From Syncephalis fuscata S228 (lineage: Eukaryota > Fungi > Zoopagomycota), in assembly GCA_025786725.1 (NCBI GenBank), contig JAHLTZ010000014.1, positions 372,001 through 436,000 of the forward strand: 64,000 bases of DNA, given 5' to 3'. Below, in pieces: positions 54,870 to 64,000 of this stretch; the first letter of the stretch is position 1, and each line of letters opens with the position of its first letter. Under the pieces are notes generated by a model. That model made no database searches and was not told the origin of the DNA. It worked only from the letters and a program-made list of their open reading frames with translations. The translations under genes were made by a program, and so were the position numbers.

Positions 54870-56144
54870 CCATTTCTTAGCAAATCATTCAAATCGATTA
54901 GTTGGCAATAAAACTAAAAAGGATTTTTACTTAGTCGTTTCTTGCTTTTCTATCTATAATATAATTGTAGCTATAAAGCCACTGAACAGCCACGTTAGAT
55001 ATTAAAACAATTTTATCTAGTTTCATTTAAAGACAAAACAAAGGCATTTCTAAATAGCATGTAGTGGCAGTTTTAGTCGCGACTCAATTCGAAATAACCA
55101 GTGTTTTTAATTATCCAGTATCTTTATCATGTGACTGAAACATAAGCATTATTGATATCGTGCACAGTAGCAATAGTAATCGTAGTAGTTGTAGCATTAC
55201 AAAAATAAATTGCTAGCTAGTATAGCATTAATAAGATAAATAAGCGAAAAAATATTATATTTATTTAATAACAAAATTAATGTCATTTATTTATTTTTAT
55301 ATTAAAAAAAAATTATTAAAAATTAGTAATGTTATCCATTATATTAAAAGATATAAAAATAGATAATTTAAATGAAATTTTGAGAGTATCATAAATAGCA
55401 TATATTTGTATGTTATTAATCAAGCCAATAATTTAATTATTTGCAAAAATGTCTATCAAAATACAGCATGATAAAATATATTACAAATAACAAAAAGGTG
55501 AAATATACCAAACGCTTTATTATTTCTGTGCAACGAAAAGCAATTTCTTTGTTTCGTACCTCATTGTAAAATGAGCATTAATGCAAAGGCGTAAAATCCT
55601 TTGCTGTAATCGATATGACGTTATTCAATTCTTTGTTGTTTTTTAATTAGCTTTTTTGACTTTTATTAATAATAAAAATTAGAAGTTCTATATACCATTT
55701 ATTTATTTCTTATTTAAAAAATACTGTAGTCTTCATCTACTGACCAACCATATTGGATACTGACTCAATTTGAATATGTTTGCTCCAAAGACAAAACGGT
55801 ATTATTCATAGAACAACTTGCAATGGAAATTCTAAGCATAAAATTAATTATCTAGCATTTTTAGTGTAACTATTTCCTAGTTCTGCAGGTTATATGTGTA
55901 TTTGCAAACAGCAAAGGCATTCAATAACGCTCATTGAGACCATTTACAAATTTATAGAATGCTTTGTTTTATTCAACTTTCAACTAATTATAGCATGTAT
56001 TACCAATAAAGCTACATGAAATTGCATTTTTTGTCAGCTATGGAAGCTTACAATAATGTACGACATATCTATAAAATAGTGCCGACTTACCGCCAGTTTC
56101 CGCACTTCACTCTTAGTCCATTGCATTGTGCATTTTTACTCAGC

Positions 56145-56898
56145 ATGTTTCTTTCATTAAAAGCATTTATTTTGCTCTTGGATATTGTAGGCGTAGCCAC
56201 GGGACAGATGTTAAACGTCAATAACATCATGCCCAACACGTCCAATACTTTAAACGTTTCAGAACGTTGTTTAAAAGTTCTGGATGGCAAAAACTTAATT
56301 TCAAATTGCGATAATTCCATACAACAAACTAAAACGTCTGGTAAAATTAAAACTGCCTGTGATGCGCCCATTGATGGCAAAGCCAGCCATTTTTGCACAA
56401 ATAATCAGCTTATTAAAATGCTTGAAACTATGGAAAGCTCGTGTAAAGACGAGCTAGAAAAAAAACAGGAATCAGTCTGGGGACGTTATGCAGACCTTTT
56501 GGAATATCCTCTGACAAGAGATTTGGTTTGTAAAAAAGATATCGATGGAGTGTATTGTATAGAAAAAACGACCAAAGAAGGTCTCCTAGCTGGATGCTAC
56601 ACCTGTACAATTCTGCTTGCTAAAGCACAAACCAATTGGAATCCCATTCGATCAAATTCGTTTACTAAGGAAATTGTTGATGGAAAAGCTAAGATGCTAA
56701 ACAGCTTATTGAAAGATGCGATATGGTTACTAACAACTCTTCATCTTCATCTAACAATTCTGACAATTCCTCGTCTTTATCTAAAATCCCAGCAATTTTT
56801 CATCTTCATTTACCGGATATAGCCATTATATCTTCAATGTTGCTACGATTGGCTCTACAGCGTTTGTTATAATTGGCGCAATGGTACTTAGTCATTAG
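56145..56898 (+). pseudogene. 10-Cys GPI-type protein (member 3), with two 1-nt deletions; pseudogene or assembly error
   Basis: Tandem paralog of 54114; AAGATGCT versus AAGATTGCT near 56694 and CTAAAATCC versus CTACAAATCC near 56783. Confidence 0.75.
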
Positions 56899-57359
56899 CC
56901 ATTTCTTAGCAAATCATTCAAATCGATTAGTTGGCAATAAAACTAAAAAGGATTTTTACTTAGTCGTTTCTTGCTTTTCTATCTATAATATAATTGTAGC
57001 TATAAAGCCACTGAATAGTCGTGTTGATACTGTAATGAACTAAAATGATATACTAAAAGTAGAGTAGCAATTATAATATATAATAGTACTTAAAATGTAA
57101 AAGTGTTTATTTATTTTTATTGGTAAGAAAAGTTAATCAGCTGTATAGCTATTTTCTATTTACATAAAATATAGCTTGTATTGTACATAAAAGTACTTGT
57201 TTGCAATTGCTTAACGTGAAAACGAATAAAGCATTTATAATTATTGTATTTGGTTATAGCAATTATTTTATTATTTTTAAATACTCGCGTAGCATATGCT
57301 AGCTATAATTATACATATAGCTCCATTTGTATACACAAAGCCGTTTTTATTACAAAATA

Positions 57360-59073
57360 TTATAACAATTTCCGTGAAAATATCCAAATTACAATGACTC
57401 CAATGGCAATTACATTCCATGATAGAGTGTAGTCAAATGGAAATGCTTTCTCGTTGCTTATTGACCAGCTCCACGCTGCACCAGCTGCTAACGGGCCAAT
57501 AGCACCGGCCAATGACGCCACGCAATGGTTTGCACCATTCATAACGCCAAGTGAACCAGTATCGCGAATGGTCTCCGTAAGCTAACGGTTGTAGCAACGT
57601 CGTTAATAACGCATTGCATAAGCATTTGTCTGACTTACTATAAGCTGTAGACTTGTTAATGCTGTAATCTCAACCATGCCTCGATAACACGTGCTTACAA
57701 GTACACATATCCAGACCCAAACGTTTGCCTCGGTAGAGCCGATTTTGGCCAGAATGTTTATGCTTGGTGTTATTAGACTGAGCGGAGATAGCTGTAGTAA
57801 AGCTAGCCTGTACAATCCAGCAGAGCCATAGTAATTTTGTAGATTTGAATAAACCAAAATCTGTGACAAAAAAGACGCCACACCAGATATACCGGCTATT
57901 ATTCCAGAATCACTCGCATCCATGGATAGTCCTCCAGCCTTGATTGGTGTAGCGATCCATAGACTAAACAAATTCTCTAGCATGCCATCCGTTAGCTGAA
58001 ATGCACAAATTGACGCAAGTAAAATTGTATGATTTCGCATTGTACTCCAAGCCTTTTTGATGCCATTTTCTTGATGTTGTTTTTCGCTAGGCAAAAATTG
58101 TTGTAAATCATTGACGACATCGACGGCATTGTTATAAATTAGTATTTCATTTTCTGGTGGCCGTAAAAGAGACGTTTCATCTTTTAGCAGATTGTTGATA
58201 TTAGCATCTGTATTGTCTTCAAAGCTATTTCGCAATATTCTCGATGGCAATGATTCATTGAAATAAAAAAAAATAGCTAAAAAACCGGTGAAGCTCAATA
58301 GAGCATTAAAAATAAATGGTAAAAAATAGGGAAATTGATGTAGCAGTTTCGTATTTTTTAATACATCTGGCAAATAATCTCTTATATCAGCAAGTCCCCC
58401 CGTAACTACAGGTCCAACAGTACTACCAGCGACAAGCATTGTGAATAAAAGACGAAATGCTTTTGCTTCAACAAAAAGTTAGCCAATTATGTTGAAGAAT
58501 TTTTCAAAGTTCTACCTTGATCAGCACCACTAGAAATATCACCAACTGCACTTCTGGCAGCACCAAGACTTGGCGTACACAATCCTTTGGCCACCACCAA
58601 AACAAATACCCATTTGTATGATTGACTAAAGGCTAGGAGGAGTGCGCTAATTGTAGCGGACAACATCCCAGTGAGCAACAGTGGTCGGCGGCCAAATCGA
58701 TCCGACAAATAGCCCCATAGAATGACTGCTTCTGCATTAGATAGTCTGTAATCGATATTCAATAGTTCTTACCGCTTATGAATTGCGCAATACTGAATGC
58801 CGATAAGAGGTAGCCGTAATAGTAGCCAATTTGAGTTTCATTCATATCTTGATTAAAATCGCGTATCTAAATAAAATGATACTATTTGTCTTGATTTTTC
58901 TTGTAAATCTAAAGAACTTACGAGCTAGCAAAAGCAGATAGTGTCAGCGATAATTTGCAACTTACAGTAAAACTTACAAAATATGCTAGCTGTGGAATAG
59001 CTCCCATCGCGGCCACATCACACACATGCGCATAGCATATTGAATAAAGCTGATGCTTCTCCGTTGATCTCAT
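57360..59073 (-). CDS. MFS transporter (ZIFL/YCR023C-like), multi-exon, including a 3-nt exon at 58922-58924
   Basis: Motif A WGYLSDRFGRRPLLL; AYF|L|IRDF; FPYFLP; multiple TM segments. Confidence 0.9.
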
Positions 59074-59664
59074 GTTAATTTGTATAATACTATTATATTA
59101 CTATTCAAATTCTCGATGCTTTATGCAGAACAAAAATACTAGGAAAAACACTACAAGAAAGTGCAGAATTGTGCCACCTCATTTAATGTGCCCTTTTATA
59201 TTGTCATACGAGCAGTCAGTTGGTTACCGCTATACTGTGAAACATCAATGGTTGCACACAACACGTTCAATCGTATTGACGATTCTATTGTTAACATGTC
59301 TATATTTTGTCATTATGTTTTAATATGTATAAAAACACATTATATTGATTCTATAATCAATGTCAATATAAAATTCACACATTTTCATACATCGCATTCT
59401 TTACCAATATCGATTCTATCATGGCAATTTGACCAGGGTAGTTACGCGATACACACGACCTAGGCAGGCCGGAAGCAAGCTCTTTCATGGCTTCCCATGA
59501 GGCTTGGCCTTTTGCAATAACAGTGGAATAATGTGAGAACTAACAAAATAGCTGTTATACTAATTTCCAATTTTATTGTTGTCAATGCCAAGCAAATGCA
59601 CAATGGGATGAATAGCAATAGGATTATTGGTCTGAAGTGCTAACATCTATTTTATTACAAGCAA

Positions 59665-62297
59665 TCAGACATTTTCTGTTTCGGACAATATTGCCAGCTC
59701 ATTAAGCATCTGGCGAACTTCTTCTCTTGTTGCTATTTCAGTAGATTTTGTCCTTGCCAGCGTAGGCAGTTCAAGCACTTGTAGTAGCTGACTGAGGCCT
59801 GGAGGTGCTAAAAGTGTAAAACGTGCCAGAGCACATGCTAACCGATAGACTATTGATTGTTTAGCACATAAGTTAAACTGTTCAGTGTAACAATAAAGGC
59901 AGTGCAGTTTACATACCAATTTCTTCGTCTTGTTCGTTGCGGAGTGCTTCAGTCATCGCACTTGTACACTCGATTAGCCATGCCTCATCGTTCTGCACGT
60001 CAGTTTCGGCAGTATTGGAGATGATGCCGCCTTCTCCGCGCTCCGTACCAGTGCGTAGTTCCCAAATACGTGTCGCCACGTTAAAGGCAAGAGACGCAGC
60101 CGCACGTCGCGTGGCAACATCTTCCACCAATAGCGAGTGAACCAAAAGCTCCGTGATAACGCTATGAGGCGATATCACTGCCTCGGTGTTACGGCCCACC
60201 GGTGGCAACGTGTGCTTGGGTGTTGATAGAGTCCAGTCACTGGCAACAGGGTCTATAAACAAATGGCATGCCTAGTCAATAGCTGTTAGCACCGCATTCG
60301 CCCAGCCACCACTTTTACTTACACAGCGTAGACACAATAATACGTATGGTCGTGGTGCCATTTTGTTAGATGAATCAGGCAGGACTGCTGCGTATAGTGT
60401 GGCAAGCAAGGTAAGATCTAAATATATGTATTGTAAAGCAATTTAGTCGGATTTAATAACATCTATCAATACAATCACCCTACCTATATCCGATGTATAC
60501 TGGGAACGGCCAGCTTTGTTGAGTAAAATGACCCGCACAAGATCCAGCAAAGGAAATGCTTTATCCGTGGGCAAGCGAATCAATAAATAGTCTATAATTA
60601 CACATTTAATAAACATTTATGATTTTCTATTGTTATAGCAATCACTTACCAACAGTAACATACCAGTCCTTTGGCAAGTCTTCTGTAAACGATTCGCCAC
60701 CTGACTGTGCCTTTTCCCAACGAGTAAACCATTGCTCAAGCAGATCAAACTGTGTCTTTTGCTGCTCGTTTAGCAATGTTTGGTTTAACACCGTTTCAAA
60801 GGCAGTGATAAATTCTCGCAATTTGCCAAAGGCCACCGCAACCTTGGGTAGACTAGTAAAGAGAATCGGAGCCGATGAAAACCGATTTAATGTAGGAAGA
60901 TCCAGCTTGGAATGTGGATGAGCTGCACGGTATTAATTTATAAACTTTTAATTAATATTTTCAACACAACTTACGTGGATATGCAGTAAATCGTAATAAA
61001 TTGATATTTGATTTAAGCTCTGCTAAATTAGCACCAGAAAATTCATAATGCTAAACATTGATAGTTATTAAATTAGTATTGTTTAATAATATTATAAACA
61101 GTAATTACCTTTTCTCCATCTAGAAAGAACATAAATGTTGGTGTACCACGAATTTGATAATGCATTGCTACATCATACGCCACACCTGTATCTATAACAA
61201 CGCCAATAATCGGCTTTTTAGCTACTATCCCGTCAAGATCTTCTGGGTTTGTAATAAGACTTTTAAACTCGGGTGCAATTAGCCGACATGGTGGACATCC
61301 TTGAGATGTAAAATAGACAGCAACGGCTCGATTGGTGGTCAACAGTGTATTTAGTGTAGCCAAATTCCGTACTTCATGAAGTAGCTTTGCTGGTTCCGGT
61401 GGCTGCCGTTGAATAGTAGCTGGTACTGCAGTAGAAGATGCTGCTGCACCACTACCAGTACTAGTACCAATTCTACTCGGTCCAAAGAACGACTCAATCA
61501 TAGGTCTCATTTGCTGTCCAAATGGCCTATAAAACTAATCGGTCATTATTTAACATATAAACCTACTAACTAGCTTACGTCTGAAGGAAATCCGCGGGTA
61601 GATCTGCATACCAATTAATTAGTCTGTATTTATTGGCATAACATGGTTTGTTATTTTACTTACTGGTAATGAAATCTGGAATTGATTTAGCCACAAGAAA
61701 CTGTATTACTTCATTTGAAAATGTATTACAATTGTGATCGAGTAAATGGTATTTATCGGCACTGTAAATACACACAATTGTTAGATGAATAGATAATTAT
61801 TCGTGTATAATTAATGTTACCCGAAACGATTGCGGACATTGTCTATAAACTCCAAAAATACATCCGATGGCAAATGAGTCACGCCCATATCAACGACTTG
61901 TAGTGGAGTGCCATGCACAGTGGTTCCCTATTGCCACGTCAGCATCCACCACTCGGATATTACAGCTACTTACTGGTGTATCCACTTGAATTCCCTGGCC
62001 AAAGTAATATTCTTGCCCATACACTACTACTGATGTGTGCCTACCATTCATAATATACAATTGCTAGTTAGCCAACTACACGTCTCTATAGTCATAATTG
62101 CTATTTACCAAATTCCATCTATAAAGAGTAGTCGCAATGAAGGAGTATTGAATAGTGGCTTATTAACACAGCGATAGCAACGTCACTCCGTACTTACCAA
62201 CTTGACGACCCATCAAAGGAAGTGACATGACCTTTGCCATACCACGCGATAGATCGTAAACATATAGTTTTACGGGATGACCTTCGTTCGCTGTCAT
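59665..62297 (-). CDS. PPPDE/DeSI-type peptidase fused to thioredoxin and PUL domains
   Basis: VKLYVYDLSRG, GIWHTSVVVYG, DHNCNTFS; thioredoxin GCPPC; PUL-like RRAAASLAFN. Confidence 0.92.
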
Positions 62298-62850
62298 GTT
62301 AACAGAGATGGAGCAAATAGGTGTTAAAGGCAATAGCAATGGTGTTAATAGTAAAAGTATTATTAGCAATATTGATGATGTTAATAATGTTTAATAGCAA
62401 TATTAATGATTAGAATTAATTTGGGATCAAAAATAGCTTTATAGTTGACAAATCAGTCTTATAATATAGAAGCGCTTTCGATCTGTTTTCCAATAGTGAT
62501 TAAAAATGACTCCATTTGACTAGAATTGAAGTGCACCAATAGGGACAACTGTAACTGTACAACCAGCATTTGAACTCTTCTATCCATTTACTCATTAATT
62601 GCATCCATTAACGCATGACATTTAATAAAATTACTCTTGATTGTTATAAATATCAATCGCCAAATACGTCGTTCACATTTTTCCTAATGTCCTACATGGC
62701 AATTATTCTGTCGGATGTTGCCACTTTTGGTTTTTTAAAACATATTAGCGAGCCATCATCGACCAATTCCGGTCTCCTTGCCATTTAACCAGTCGTTGTT
62801 GTTCAATGCCCCTTTTTCCCTTTCCAACCCGTCTGGCAACGAAGAGACAT

Positions 62851-62891
62851 GCAGCAACAGCAGCAGCAGCAGCAGAACAGCAGCAGAGCAG
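62851..62891. repeat. (CAG/CAA)n tract
   Basis: Directly visible. Confidence 0.85.
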
Positions 62892-63367
62892 CATTACCAT
62901 CAGTGCCATAATTATTATTATTACGGTGCTGATAAGCCATGGCGTTTCATGCATTATTTCATTTACGTACGAGCGTAACCTTCTTCGTCATACTTACCGA
63001 AACAGTGTGTATGATCGAGCAATAAAGTGAATTCACGCAGTAAATGGGGCCTCTTTGTGTGTTCGGGTATCGATTTTCATGGAACCATTTGATTTGCCTG
63101 CCATTTTTGTACATCCCCTCTGCGGCATTCTTGTATGTGTGTATTTATATTATGTGTGCGCGTGTGTGGGTGGTCCATTTCAATGTTAACACTGTTTGTT
63201 TAGAAACAAGTGGGGACAACACACACACACGAATAATTCTCTCTCTCTTTGCTTGCATGTGTTGTCCTCCCTTTCGTCCACGCGGTCGACTTACTTCCTC
63301 ATTGTCTTTCGTTCTTCATCTTCCATTGGCATTCATTTTTAGTGTTGCTTTGGAGACTCCTTTTTAC

Positions 63368-63450
63368 TGACTATTATTATTACACTACTACTATTACAAC
63401 CACTACCACAACTATTACCACTATTACTATTATTACTAGTGCTACTATAT
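63368..63450. repeat. (TAY/CAC)n low-complexity trinucleotide tract
   Basis: Directly visible; likely UTR or promoter of a gene beyond the window. Confidence 0.8.
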
Positions 63451-64000
63451 ATTCACTCTTAATAGTGGCTGGCCTCACCGGCCCTACATACACGTCTATA
63501 TACAAACGCCCGTTTGTTTATTTGTTTGTTTGTGGCCATCGAGAGTACTTCCTTTTTTTGAGTGAGGAATAGAGCGTTTATTTAAAATTTGCAGGTAAGT
63601 GTAGGACGACGATGATACAAATATCCATATACGATATCTACGTGGCCGTAACCAGCTCTTGCTGTTACTGTGCTAGTATTGCTACTGTACTGGGTACTGC
63701 TTGATACATCAGTAGACAGGCAATTACTATTGGCTTGTACACTTTGGTGGCTATTTTTATTCTACTATTGTGAGGAGTGCCCAAAATGCTTGATTTTCTT
63801 ACAACGCACACACACACACACATACATACACGGAATACATACACTATCGCACACACCTATGCTACTGCTTCTCTATCTCTTTCTCTCTCTTTCTCTCTCT
63901 TTTCTTGCACTTGGCTTTTCTTATTCTCTTGCATTGTTTGTTTGTTCAGCTTGGCTTGTTTAATCGCTTCAATACCGTCTAACACCTGTTGCTTTTGCTT

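Noticed and set aside
62745-63963. Short ORFs at the right end, and similar ORFs at 49.4-50.4 kb
   Set aside because: Derived from microsatellite or low-complexity sequence; no recognisable protein features.

Overview
AT-rich, intron-dense eukaryotic DNA with short GT-AG introns. The gene content and style suggest an early-diverging fungus, probably a Zoopagomycota parasite such as Syncephalis (inference only). Gene-dense housekeeping blocks carry RPL21, APC5, UTP21, RIM2, SED5, SNX3, a ZZ/EF-hand protein, CDC123, TRM1, a divergent ERG13/ERG20 pair, an Iec1-like zinc finger, ATP5, VPS16, GLO1, an MFS transporter and a PPPDE-Trx-PUL protein. Gene-sparse accessory blocks carry a PA-subtilisin, two tail-anchored trypsins, an ECM33-like protein and three 10-Cys GPI-type paralogs. 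The main discovery is missed by the ORF track: three homologous loci (about 6.1-6.7 kb +, 36.9-37.5 kb -, 39.9-41.1 kb -). In each, a 94-95 nt signal-peptide exon (ending Arg-Arg in two copies) is followed by a tandem array of 3-nt micro-exons (YAG-NNN-GTAAG), mostly separated by ~80-nt mutually similar introns. The best copy would splice to prepro-RR-AAWKCKNCSSRHQHW. All three copies look decayed. A 3-nt exon inferred in the nearby MFS gene suggests the organism can splice such exons. The best copy holds a tRNA-derived SINE and sits between 762-bp near-perfect inverted repeats. Single-base deletions in ERG13 and the Iec1-like gene are probably assembly errors.
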